From positions 8,894 through 72,893 of the forward strand of contig JALHFU010000002.1 in NCBI GenBank assembly GCA_022838525.1: a stretch of 64,000 nucleotides of DNA, written 5' to 3'. Position numbers and translations under genes: made by a program. Positions 13,828-23,015 of this stretch are shown here, piece by piece; within the stretch, counting starts at the first letter, position 1; each line of letters begins with the position of its first letter. Source of the stretch: Hyphomicrobiales bacterium (GTDB lineage: Bacteria; Pseudomonadota; Alphaproteobacteria; Rhizobiales; Rhizobiaceae). The notes below the pieces were generated by a model that did not search any database, was not told the origin of the DNA, and saw nothing but the letters and a program-made list of their open reading frames with translations.

Positions 13828-13967
13828 GCCCGGCGTCGGCCCGCGCGCCTGCCGGGCGGCCGCCGCTCCATTAGCGGCTTACGGGATGTTAACCGCCGTC
13901 CGTCTAGGGTTTCCTGAGGCTTTCCGCCCCGCGCGGGACATGATTCTTTTCAGAACGGACGTCAGGA

Positions 13968-14588
13968 ATGGCATTCGCGGCGATCAATACGGCACCGTCG
14001 CAGGCGGAAAGGCGGAACTTTCAGCGCGTGCGCGTGAAGGTGTACGGCCGCTACATGCTCGAGGACCGCTCGGAGCACGCCTGCCAGGTGGTCGACATGT
14101 CGCCGGGCGACGTCGCCTTCCGCGCCGTCCGTTCCGGCGAGCTCGGCGAGAAGGTCATCGCCTATCTCGACCATATCGGCCGCATCGAGGGCGTGGTGAC
14201 GCGCCGCTTCACCGACGGCTTCGCGATGACCATCGTCGCCTCCGACCGCAAGCGCGACAAGCTCGCCGCGCAGCTCACCTGGCTCGCCAACCGGCACGAG
14301 CTCGACCTGCCGGAGGATCGCCGCCACGAGCGCGTGACGCCGCGCAACCCGATGAGCATGCTGCATCTCGAGGACGGCCGCCAGTATCGCTGCCGCATCA
14401 TCGACCTGTCGCTGTCCGGCGCCGCCGTCGAGATCGACGTCAAGCCGGCGATCGGCGTTGCCGTCACTCTCGGCAGCATGCGCGGGCGCGTCGTCCGCCA
14501 TTTCGAGGACGGCATCGCCATCGAGTTCGCCGTGCTCCAGCGGCAGGAGACGCTGGCCGCCGAATTCGACGGCACGGGACGGCGCTGA
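13968..14588 (+). CDS. Tandem PilZ domain protein (c-di-GMP receptor)
   Basis: Two RxxxR + D/NxSxxG motif pairs (ERRNFQR/DMSPGD; DRRHER/DLSLSG). Confidence 0.92.
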   Translation: MAFAAINTAPSQAERRNFQRVRVKVYGRYMLEDRSEHACQVVDMSPGDVAFRAVRSGELGEKVIAYLDHIGRIEGVVTRRFTDGFAMTIVASDRKRDKLAAQLTWLANRHELDLPEDRRHERVTPRNPMSMLHLEDGRQYRCRIIDLSLSGAAVEIDVKPAIGVAVTLGSMRGRVVRHFEDGIAIEFAVLQRQETLAAEFDGTGRR

Positions 14589-14620
14589 GCCGGCACGACC
14601 GCCAGAGGAATGCTATCCCC

Positions 14621-14646
14621 GGGCCGGCCCTCGCGCCGGCCCTTTT
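14621..14646 (+). terminator. Putative intrinsic terminator
   Basis: GGGCCGGC-CCTCGC-GCCGGCCC followed by TTTT. Confidence 0.6.
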
Positions 14647-14945
14647 CGTTGCGGGGCATCCTGGAAGCCGCTCCCCGACCGGCGTGTGAACGTTGCCTGT
14701 TACCCTTCTTCGCATATCGGAACCGCTAGAAGTCGGCTTCCACTCTCCGAGCCGTCGCGCGGCGATACGTCAAATTTTATGAAAATTCTAATCTGTATTT
14801 ATCTTAAATAGATTAGATATTGAATACTGTTCTTGTAAACATATCCGAGAATTCATCCTTGTTTTATTGCAAATAGTACTTCGCTGATTCGCGTGGAATA
14901 AATCCACGTCTGCCATTGTGCCCTCGTCAACGGGGAGACGACACA

Positions 14946-15557
14946 ATGGGGACGATAAGAAAGGTATGGCCCGCGGCCCTTGCCGTGGCCGCGCTCGGCG
15001 CGGCTGCCGGGAGCGCGCAGGCCCAGGCATTCATGCCGACGGGCGGGCTGTCGACGCAGCCGGTCGGCCACTACGAGTTCTGTCAGCGCAAGCCGGACGA
15101 GTGCGTCAAGACGGTGGCGGCGCGGCCGGTCGAACTGACGCGGAAGCTGTGGGCGACGATGGTGGACATCAACAACGTCGTCAACACCATGGTGACGCCG
15201 CGCACCGACATGGAGATGTGGGGCGTCGAGGAATACTGGTCCTATCCGGGCAACGGCTACGGCGACTGCGAGGATTACGCGCTGGAGAAGCGCCGGCGGC
15301 TGATCAAGGCGGGCGTGCCGGCCTCGAACCTTCTGATCACCGTGGTGCGCCAGCCCAACGGCGACGGCCATGCCGTGCTGACGGTCAGCACCAGCATGGG
15401 CGACTTCGTGCTCGACAATCTGGAGCCGCGCATCCTGGCGTGGACCGAGACCGAATACCAGTACCTCAAGCGCCAGTCGGGCAAGCATTCGGGCATGTGG
15501 GTGTCCATCCAGGACGGCCGCAACGTGCTCGTGGGTTCGGTAGCGAACCGGCGCTGA
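14946..15557 (+). CDS. Periplasmic transglutaminase-like cysteine peptidase (BTLCP/LapG-like)
   Basis: Signal peptide; GDCEDYALEK, GHAVLTV and FVLDN catalytic Cys-His-Asp motifs. Confidence 0.93.
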   Translation: MGTIRKVWPAALAVAALGAAAGSAQAQAFMPTGGLSTQPVGHYEFCQRKPDECVKTVAARPVELTRKLWATMVDINNVVNTMVTPRTDMEMWGVEEYWSYPGNGYGDCEDYALEKRRRLIKAGVPASNLLITVVRQPNGDGHAVLTVSTSMGDFVLDNLEPRILAWTETEYQYLKRQSGKHSGMWVSIQDGRNVLVGSVANRR

Positions 15558-15580
15558 CAGCCATACGGGAAACCAGGGAC

Positions 15581-15664
15581 AACCCGGTCGAGTCCCCACC
15601 CTCCCCGTCCCCAACGACCGGGTTCAGGAGCCGGCCCTTCCCCAAAGGGCCGGCTCCGCCATTT
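15581..15664 (+). ncRNA. Candidate 3'-UTR structured RNA with C-rich (anti-SD) loops
   Basis: Hairpin AACCCGGTCG/CGACCGGGTT with loop AGTCCCCACCCTCCCCGTCCCCAA; second hairpin GGAGCCGGCCCTT/AAGGGCCGGCTCC with loop CCCCA. Confidence 0.55.
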
Positions 15665-15714
15665 CAGGGGCGGCGGAGCCTGCGGCCGGCGGGTTCGTTT
15701 CAGAAATCGGCGCT

Positions 15715-16401
15715 TCAGAAATCGACGATCTTGCCCTTGTCGAGCGTGACGCGGCGGTCCATCCGCGCCGCGAGGTCGTGATTGTGGGTGGCGATCAGCG
15801 CCGAGAGGCCCGACTGCCTCACCAGCGCCTCCAGCGCATCGAACACATAGGACGCGGTCGCCGGGTCGAGATTGCCCGTCGGCTCGTCGGCCAAGAGGAT
15901 CAGCGGCGCGTTGGCGACGGCGCGGGCGATGGCGACGCGCTGCTGCTCGCCGCCCGACAGCTCGGCCGGGCGATGCTCGGCGCGCTCGCCGATCTTCATG
16001 TAGTCGAGGAGCTGCATGGCGCGCGTGCGCGCCTCGGCGTCACCGAGCCCGCGCACGAGCTGCGGCATCATCACGTTCTCGAGCGCGGTGAACTCGGGCA
16101 GCAGATGGTGGAACTGGTAGACGAAGCCGATGTCGTTGCGGCGGATCGCGGTGCGGTCGTCGTCGCAGAGGCCGCGGCAGGAGCGGCCGGCGACCACCAC
16201 GTCGCCGCCGTCGGGCTGCTCCAGCAGGCCGGCCGTGTGCAGCAGCGTCGACTTGCCCGCGCCCGAGGGCGCGACCAGCGCCACCATCTCGCCGCGCCGC
16301 AGCGTGAAGTCGGCGCGGTCGAGGATCACGAGCTTGCGCTCGCCCTCGTCGTAGCGCCGCTCGATCGCCTTGAGTTCCAGCACCGCGCCGTCCGCCATCA
16401 T
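15715..16401 (-). CDS. lolD: Lipoprotein-releasing ABC transporter ATPase
   Basis: [53 protein letters not shown] overlap with lolE. Confidence 0.95.
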   Translation of the reverse strand: MMADGAVLELKAIERRYDEGERKLVILDRADFTLRRGEMVALVAPSGAGKSTLLHTAGLLEQPDGGDVVVAGRSCRGLCDDDRTAIRRNDIGFVYQFHHLLPEFTALENVMMPQLVRGLGDAEARTRAMQLLDYMKIGERAEHRPAELSGGEQQRVAIARAVANAPLILLADEPTGNLDPATASYVFDALEALVRQSGLSALIATHNHDLAARMDRRVTLDKGKIVDF

Positions 16402-17684
16402 TCGTACCGCAGCGCCTCGACGGGATCGAGCTTCGCCGCGCGCCAGGCGGGGAACAGCGTCGCGATGAACGACAGCGTCAGCGCCATCAGCACCACGGAA
16501 ACGGTCTCGCCCGCATCCATCTTGGCCGGAAGCTGGCTGAGGAAATAGAGCTCGGGGTTGAACAGCGTCGTCCCCGAAAGCCAGGAGAAGAACTGCCGTA
16601 TCCGCTCGACGTTCAGGCACACGACGATGCCGAGCACGACGCCGGCGACGGTGCCGGTGACGCCGATCGCCGCCCCGGTCATCATGAAAATGCGCATCAC
16701 CGAGCCGCTCGTCGCGCCCATGGTGCGCAGGATGGCGATGTCGCGGCCCTTGTCCTTCACCAGCATGATCAGGCCGGAGATGATGTTGAGCGCGGCGACG
16801 AGCACGATCAGCGTCAGGATCATGAACATGACGTTGCGCTCGACCTGAAGCGCGGAAAAGAAGGTCTGGTTGCGCTGCCGCCAGTCGGTCAGATAGACCT
16901 GCCGCTCGGCGGCCGCCTCGATCGGGCCGCGCAGGCTGTCGACCGCGTCGGGGTTGTCGATGAACACCTCGACGGTCTGGGCCAGCCCCTCGGCGTTGAA
17001 GTAGAGCTGCGCCTCCTCGAGCGGCATGTAGATGATCGAGGCGTCGAGCTCCGACATGCCGATCTCGAAGATGGCCACGACGGGGTAGATCTTCTGCCGC
17101 GGCGTGACGCCGAACGGCGTGACGTCGCCCTCGGGCGCGACGAGCTGGATGCCGTCGCCGACGGCGAGGCCGAGATTTTCCGCCATGCGCCTGCCGACGG
17201 CGACGCCCTCGCCGGTGGCGAAGCCGACGAGCGAGCCCTGGCGGATGTTCCTGGCGACGAAATCGAGCTTGGCGATGTCGTCCTCGCGGATGCCGCGCAC
17301 CAGCGCGCCGGTGCCGGCGCCGATGCGGCCGGTGGCCAGCACCTGCCCCTCGATCAGCGGGATGGCGTAGCGCACGCCCGGCACGCCGTTGATGCGGCCG
17401 GCGACCTCGGCATAGTCGTCGAAGGCGCGGTCGATCGGCTGGACGACGAGGTGGCCGTTGACGCCGAGGATGCGCGACAGGAGCTCGGCGCGGAAGCCGT
17501 TCATCACCGCCATGACGATGATGAGCGTCGCGACGCCCAGCATGATGCCGGTGAACGAGATCAGCGAGATGACGGAGATGACCGTGTCCTTGCGGCGCGA
17601 GCGCAGGTAGCGCCACGCCACCATGCGCTCGAAGAGCGAGAACGGCCTCGCCCCGGTCGGTCCCTCGGCCGCCGCTTCGCTCAT
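16398..17684 (-). CDS. lolE: Lipoprotein-releasing ABC transporter permease LolC/E
   Basis: [44 protein letters not shown]. Confidence 0.95.
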   Translation of the reverse strand: MSEAAAEGPTGARPFSLFERMVAWRYLRSRRKDTVISVISLISFTGIMLGVATLIIVMAVMNGFRAELLSRILGVNGHLVVQPIDRAFDDYAEVAGRINGVPGVRYAIPLIEGQVLATGRIGAGTGALVRGIREDDIAKLDFVARNIRQGSLVGFATGEGVAVGRRMAENLGLAVGDGIQLVAPEGDVTPFGVTPRQKIYPVVAIFEIGMSELDASIIYMPLEEAQLYFNAEGLAQTVEVFIDNPDAVDSLRGPIEAAAERQVYLTDWRQRNQTFFSALQVERNVMFMILTLIVLVAALNIISGLIMLVKDKGRDIAILRTMGATSGSVMRIFMMTGAAIGVTGTVAGVVLGIVVCLNVERIRQFFSWLSGTTLFNPELYFLSQLPAKMDAGETVSVVLMALTLSFIATLFPAWRAAKLDPVEALRYE

Positions 17685-19054
17685 GTTACGTTCCCGATGG
17701 CCGCGTTCCCGATGGCTGCGTTTCCGGGGGCCGCGGCCCCGATGCGGGCGGCGACCTCGCCGAGCGGCACGGTCACGCGCTCGCCGGTCCTGCGGTTCTT
17801 GATCTCGGCCTCGCCCGCATCGACGCCGCGCGGGCCGACGATCACCTGCCACGGCAGGCCGATCAGGTCGGCGGTGGCGAACTTGCCGCCGGGGCGCTGG
17901 TCCGTGTCGTCGTAGAGCACGTCGAGACCGGCCGCGCCCAGCGCCTCGTACAGCGTCTCGCAGGCGGCGTCGCAGGCCGCGTCGCCGGCTTTCATGTTGA
18001 TCAGCGCGGCGTCGAACGGCGCGACGGAGGCCGGCCAGATGATGCCGTTCTCGTCGTGGCTCGCCTCGATGATCGCCGCGATCAGCCGCGTCGGGCCGAT
18101 GCCGTAGGAGCCCATCGACACGAAATGGTCCTTGCCGTCGGGGCCGGCGACCTTGGCGCCCATCGGCTTCGAATACTTGTCGCCGAAATGGAAGATGTGG
18201 CCGACCTCGATGCCGCGCGCGGCAAGGCGGTTGCCTTCGGCGATCTCGCCCCATGCCGCCTCGTCGTGCATCTCCTCGGTCGCGGCGTAGGGCGTGGTCC
18301 ACTCCCTGACGATGCCTGCGACGGCCGCGTCGTCGGAGAAGTCCACATCCTCGCCCGGCACCTTCAGGTCGAGGAAGTCGCGATGGCAGAACACGGCGCT
18401 CTCGCCGGTGTCGGCGAGGATGATGAACTCGTGCGAAAGGTCGCCGCCGATCGGGCCGGTGTCGGCGCGCATCGGGATCGACTTCAGGCCGACGCGCTCG
18501 AAGGTCCTGAGATAGGCGACGAACATGCGGTTGTAGGCCGCCCTCGCCCCCTCATAGTCGAGGTCGAAGGAATAGGCGTCCTTCATCAGGAACTCCCTGC
18601 TGCGCATCACGCCGAAGCGCGGCCGCACCTCGTCGCGGAACTTCCACTGGATGTGGTAGAGGTTCAGCGGCAGGTCCTTGTAGGACTTCACGTAGCTGCG
18701 GAAGATGTCGGTGACCATCTCCTCGTTGGTCGGGCCGTAGAGCATGTCGCGCTCGTGGCGGTCCTTGATGCGCAGCATCTCCTTGCCGTAGTCGTCGTAG
18801 CGGCCGCTTTCGCGCCACAGCTCGGCCGACTGGATGGTCGGCATCAGGATTTCCTGCGCGCCGGCGCGGTTCTGCTCCTCGCGGATGATGCGGTTGACCT
18901 TGTCGAGGACGCGTATGCCCAGCGGCAGCCAGGAGAACGAGCCGGCCGCCTGCTGGCGGATCATGCCGGCACGCAGCATCAGCCGGTGCGAGACGATCTC
19001 GGCCTCGCGCGGGTTCTCCTTCAGGATGGGCAGAAAATAACGCGACAGACGCAT
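17681..19054 (-). CDS. proS: Proline--tRNA ligase
   Basis: [50 protein letters not shown]. Confidence 0.98.
   Translation of the reverse strand: MRLSRYFLPILKENPREAEIVSHRLMLRAGMIRQQAAGSFSWLPLGIRVLDKVNRIIREEQNRAGAQEILMPTIQSAELWRESGRYDDYGKEMLRIKDRHERDMLYGPTNEEMVTDIFRSYVKSYKDLPLNLYHIQWKFRDEVRPRFGVMRSREFLMKDAYSFDLDYEGARAAYNRMFVAYLRTFERVGLKSIPMRADTGPIGGDLSHEFIILADTGESAVFCHRDFLDLKVPGEDVDFSDDAAVAGIVREWTTPYAATEEMHDEAAWGEIAEGNRLAARGIEVGHIFHFGDKYSKPMGAKVAGPDGKDHFVSMGSYGIGPTRLIAAIIEASHDENGIIWPASVAPFDAALINMKAGDAACDAACETLYEALGAAGLDVLYDDTDQRPGGKFATADLIGLPWQVIVGPRGVDAGEAEIKNRRTGERVTVPLGEVAARIGAAAPGNAAIGNAAIGNVT
17689..17733. repeat. 15-bp tandem repeat x3 at the proS 3' end
   Basis: CGTTCCCGATGGCCG / CGTTCCCGATGGCTG / CGTTTCCGGGGGCCG; encodes (GNAAI)n. 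Confidence 0.8.
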
Positions 19055-19277
19055 GAGGATTTCCGTGAGAAGCGGGCGGAATCAATATGCCCGAGGGTCC
19101 ATTTGCATGGGCTTCATAGCGATTTCGTGGCGCCTTGGAAACCCGAGCACACAGGCCGAAGACCTGACGCCGCATTGAGCAATGCTTGCCGTATTATTGT
19201 GCAATGCAGCACATCTCATGCCCTTCCGGTGCGAAATTTTTCGTGACATTGCCGCCTCGTCTGGTCTAGTGTGCCTC

Positions 19278-19429
19278 GCATAATCGAGAGAGTGGTGGAA
19301 AAATCCGCTCTCCTGCGCGGTCAAAGTCTTGGGAGGATGCGATCTAGGCGCGATTTTCCGCAGCCGCCGTAAGAACGGAAACAGATCGGACGCGTTCAAT
19401 CTGCAAGGCTTCGGCCTTGCATTTTTTTT
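19278..19429 (+). ncRNA. alpha-r9 (Smr9C-like) small RNA
   Basis: ~150-nt unit between proS and DUF1467 (the alpha-r9 locus as I recall it), antisense to both flanking genes; CGTGAC-N18-CTAGTG promoter-like element; ends in a strong terminator. 5' end is estimated. Confidence 0.7.
19402..19429 (+). terminator. Intrinsic terminator of the sRNA
   Basis: TGCAAGGC-TTCG-GCCTTGCA followed by T8. Confidence 0.9.
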
Positions 19430-19469
19430 GTGCATCGAAAGAAATACGATCCCTTGCCGCGCGCCGGTT

Positions 19470-19739
19470 TCACCGCGCCGAGGGGCCGATGCGCGGTATG
19501 TCGTCGAAGGAAAAGCCGTAATAGACCGTGGCGATGTAGAACGCCGCGAAGATGATCGTGGCGACGACGGTGGTGCGGATGACCGCGCGCAGCATGTGCG
19601 GGCCGCGCGGCGCACTGGCCACCGTGCCGAGCGTGACCTCGCCGTCCTCCTCCTGGGTCCTGACGCCGAAGGGCAGCATCGCGAACAGCACCACCCACCA
19701 CAGGATGAAGTAGATCGCGGCGATGGAAATCCAGCTCAT
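19470..19739 (-). CDS. DUF1467 family membrane protein
   Basis: AIYFILWWVVLFAMLPFGVRTQ...GTVASAP. Confidence 0.88.
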   Translation of the reverse strand: MSWISIAAIYFILWWVVLFAMLPFGVRTQEEDGEVTLGTVASAPRGPHMLRAVIRTTVVATIIFAAFYIATVYYGFSFDDIPRIGPSAR

Positions 19740-19828
19740 CGGCGAAAACCTTTCTTTACGGGCATGACCGCGCTCCGAAGCCGGCTTCCGAATTTCACCG
19801 GCGCGGCTCCGGGATTGGTGGTCACCGT

Positions 19829-20233
19829 CTAGGCCTGCTCCAGCTCGACCAGCGTGCCGAAGAAATCCTTGGGATGCAGGAACAGCACCGGCTTGCCGTG
19901 GGCGCCGATCCTCGGCTCGCCGTCGCCGAGCACGCGGGCGCCTTCCGCCTTCAGCCGGTCGCGGGCGGCGGCGATGTCGTCGACCTCGTAGCAGACGTGG
20001 TGCATGCCGCCGGACGGGTTCTTCTCCAGGAACGGCCGGATGGTCGAATTCTCGCCCAAGGGCTCCAGAAGCTCGATCTTGGTGTTGCCGACGTCGATGA
20101 AGACGACGGTGACGCCGTGCTCCGGCAGGGCCTGCGGCTCGGACACGCTGGCGCCCAGCGTGTCGCGGTAGAGCGCGCTGGCGGCGGCGATATCGGGCAC
20201 GGCGAGCGCGACATGGTTCAGGCGTCCGAGCAT
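19829..20233 (-). CDS. mce: Methylmalonyl-CoA epimerase
   Basis: MLGRLNHVALAVPD, LPEHGVTVVF, GGMHHVCYEVDDI, GAHGKPVLFLHPKD. Confidence 0.96.
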   Translation of the reverse strand: MLGRLNHVALAVPDIAAASALYRDTLGASVSEPQALPEHGVTVVFIDVGNTKIELLEPLGENSTIRPFLEKNPSGGMHHVCYEVDDIAAARDRLKAEGARVLGDGEPRIGAHGKPVLFLHPKDFFGTLVELEQA

Positions 20234-20250
20234 GTGCAGTTCCTTTTCAG

Positions 20251-20369
20251 GAGTGAATAGTGAGTAGGGAATAGTGAGTAGTGAAAACGGACAGCGATGG
20301 CGAGTCATGGCGCCAACCGTCGTGACAGGTGCCGTCCACTACTCCCTACTCACTCTTCGCTACTCACTC
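20251..20369. repeat. Inverted repeat built from heptamer arrays (GARTAGK)4 ... (MCTAYTC)4
   Basis: Left arm GAGT-GAATAGT-GAGTAGG-GAATAGT-GAGTAGT; right arm ACTACTC-CCTACTC-ACTCTTC-GCTACTC-ACTC; ~55-bp spacer. Confidence 0.85.
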
Positions 20370-20372
20370 GAT

Positions 20373-22040
20373 CTACCGCGTCACGAACACGGTGACGAGC
20401 GGCTTCTTGCCCCATGCCTCGTTGGCGGCGGCGCGCACGGCGCGGCGCACCGATTCCGCCACCAGGTCGAGGTCCTTGCGGCGCACGCGGGGAATGCTCT
20501 CGACCGCGCCGATCGCGGCGTCGAGCATCAGGTCTTCCAGAAGCGCGCCCCTGGCGTCCGCCCGGGCCGTGCCGATCGCGACGAGATCGGGATCGCCGGA
20601 GAGCTCATGACGGTCGTCGAGCACGACGTTGACCGCGACGTGGCCGACATAGCTCAGCTTGCGTCGGTCGCGCACGCCCATCTCCTCGTCGGTGCCGACG
20701 AGCCTGCCGTCCTTGTAGATGCGGCCGAACGGCACCTGATCGACGATCTCGGCCGCGCCGGGGGCAAGCCGCAGCACGTCGCCGTTGCGGACATGGCCGA
20801 TCTCGGGGATGCCCGAGGCCTGCCCGAGCAGCCCTTGCGCCACGAGATGCGCGGCCTCGCCATGGACGGGGACCAGGATGCGCGGCCGCACCCATTTGTA
20901 CATCTGCCGAAGCTCGTTCCTGCGCGGGTGGCCGGAGACGTGGACCAGCGCGTCGCCGTCCTCGATGATCTTGATGCCCTGCTCTATCAGCAGGTTCTTG
21001 GTCTCGAGGATCGCCTTCTCGTTGCCGGGAATGACGCGCGAGGAGTAGACCACCGTGTCGCCGGGCGACAGCGCCACGCTGCGCATCTCGTCGCGGGCGA
21101 GCTTGGCGAGGGCGGCGCGCGGCTCGCCCTGGCTGCCGGTGCACAGGATGACGAGGTTCTCGCGCGGGATGAAGCCGTAATCCTCCTCGGCGACGAATTC
21201 CGGCAAGCCGTCGAGATAGCCGAGCTCGCCGGCGACGTCGATGACGCGCTTGAGCGAGGAGCCGAGCACCAGCACCTGCCGGCCGGCGTCGCGTGCGGCC
21301 TCGGCGATGGAGCGGATGCGTCCGACATTGGACGAGAAGGTGGTGACGGCGACGCGGCCGTGGGCGGCCTCGATGACGCCGCGCAGCCCTTCGGCCACGT
21401 CCTTCTCGGACGGCGAATCCCCCTCGCGCAGCGCGTTGGTGGAGTCGCAGACGAGCGCCAGCACGCCCTCGTCGCCGAGCGCGCGGAACTTCGCCTCGTC
21501 GGTCAGCGGGCCGATGGCGGGCGCGGTATCGATCTTCCAGTCGCCGGTGTGGACGACGAGGCCGAGCGGCGTGCGGATGGCGAGCGACACCGGCTCGGGG
21601 ATCGAATGGGTGACGGCGATGGTCTCGATGTCGAACGGGCCGACCGTGAATCGGTCGCCCGGACGATAGATCTCGACCGGGACTTCCGGGCCGCCGTCCA
21701 TGCCGCGCTTGACCTGGAGCAGGCCGGCGGTGAACGGGGTCATCCACACCGTCTTCCTGAGCCGGGGCCACAGGTCGAGCAGTGCGCCGTAGTGGTCCTC
21801 GTGGGCGTGGGTGATGACGATGCCGACGACGTTGTCGATCTGGCTTTCGATGAAGCGCGTGTCGGGCAGGACGAGATCGACGCCCGGCAGGTAGGCGTCC
21901 GGGAAGGACACGCCGACGTCGACGATCAGCCACTTGCGCGCATGCGCCGGGCCGAGCCCGTAAAGGGCGAAGTTCATGCCGATCTCGCCGACGCCGCCCA
22001 GCGGGCAGAAGACAAGCTCGTCCCCGTCCTTGCGTGCCAT
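20373..22040 (-). CDS. rnj: Ribonuclease J
   Basis: PLGGVGEIGMN, THAHEDHYG, HTGDWKID, TGSQGEP, HVSGH, PVHGE. Confidence 0.96.
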   Translation of the reverse strand: MARKDGDELVFCPLGGVGEIGMNFALYGLGPAHARKWLIVDVGVSFPDAYLPGVDLVLPDTRFIESQIDNVVGIVITHAHEDHYGALLDLWPRLRKTVWMTPFTAGLLQVKRGMDGGPEVPVEIYRPGDRFTVGPFDIETIAVTHSIPEPVSLAIRTPLGLVVHTGDWKIDTAPAIGPLTDEAKFRALGDEGVLALVCDSTNALREGDSPSEKDVAEGLRGVIEAAHGRVAVTTFSSNVGRIRSIAEAARDAGRQVLVLGSSLKRVIDVAGELGYLDGLPEFVAEEDYGFIPRENLVILCTGSQGEPRAALAKLARDEMRSVALSPGDTVVYSSRVIPGNEKAILETKNLLIEQGIKIIEDGDALVHVSGHPRRNELRQMYKWVRPRILVPVHGEAAHLVAQGLLGQASGIPEIGHVRNGDVLRLAPGAAEIVDQVPFGRIYKDGRLVGTDEEMGVRDRRKLSYVGHVAVNVVLDDRHELSGDPDLVAIGTARADARGALLEDLMLDAAIGAVESIPRVRRKDLDLVAESVRRAVRAAANEAWGKKPLVTVFVTR

Positions 22041-22189
22041 GTCACTTTCCTTTCCGGATCGCCGCATCTCCCGCCGGAGCGGGAAAGAAATTCCTTCGTC
22101 TTCCCGCACCGTCGCCGGGAGCCGCCTGTCGCTGTTTCGCGCATTGCGCCGCGCGGTTCAACCGTTTCGGGAAAACGTCCCGCCGCTGG

Positions 22190-23011
22190 TCAGGCCGAGG
22201 CCACCGTGCCGAAATGCACGTCGCCGGCGGCGACCGTCACGCGGGTGCCGTCGTCGGCGCGGATGACGAAGCGGCACTCCTCGTCGATGGTTTCGAACAC
22301 GCCGCGCACGACGCGCCCGTCGATGCGCACCGCCACCGATGCCCCGAGGCCGGCGGCGCGGTCGAGCCAGCGGTTGCGGATGGCCGCGAGCCCCCTGCCG
22401 GCGGCCCAGATGCGCTCATTCTCGACCCAGGCGTCGGACAGCGCCAGAAACAGGCGCTCGGCATCGCAGGCGCTTCCGAGCGCGGCAAGCGAGGTCGCCG
22501 GATAGGGCGTGTCCGCGGGATGGCTGACGACGTTGACGCCGATGCCGATGGCGAGCGCGAAGCGCTGCCCGTCGAGCATCGCCGATTCGAGGAGGATGCC
22601 GGAGAGCTTGGCGCCGTCGGCGAGCACGTCGTTCGGCCATTTGAGCGCGAAGCGGCCGCTTCCGGTGACGACGTCGCCGCTGTCGACGCCGATCCTCAGC
22701 TTGATGTCGGGCGCGGCGGCCGCGAGCGCATCGGCGAGCGCGAGGCCGGCGACGAAGCCGAGCGTGGCCGCCTGCTTCAGCTCGAAATCGGGCACCAGCA
22801 GCAGGGTCGCGGCAAGGTTGCCGTCCTCCGTCGCCCACGCCCGGCCGCGGCGTCCCCTGCCCGCCTCCTGGCGCTTCGAGACGAACCAGATGCGGCCCGG
22901 GTCGCCGTCCCTGGCGCGCTCGAGGGCCACGGCATTGGTCGAGCCGACCGTGTCGAAGGCTTCGAGGCGGTATCCGGCCGCCGCGGCGGTCGGCGCGAGC
23001 GAAAAGCCCAT
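22190..23011 (-). CDS. birA: Biotin--protein ligase
   Basis: [35 protein letters not shown]. Confidence 0.95.
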   Translation of the reverse strand: MGFSLAPTAAAAGYRLEAFDTVGSTNAVALERARDGDPGRIWFVSKRQEAGRGRRGRAWATEDGNLAATLLLVPDFELKQAATLGFVAGLALADALAAAAPDIKLRIGVDSGDVVTGSGRFALKWPNDVLADGAKLSGILLESAMLDGQRFALAIGIGVNVVSHPADTPYPATSLAALGSACDAERLFLALSDAWVENERIWAAGRGLAAIRNRWLDRAAGLGASVAVRIDGRVVRGVFETIDEECRFVIRADDGTRVTVAAGDVHFGTVASA

Positions 23012-23015
23012 CCCG

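Noticed and set aside
13878..13894. Possible CtrA box upstream of the PilZ gene (CTTA-N7-TTAACC)
   Set aside because: Only one good half-site; too weak to call without conservation data.
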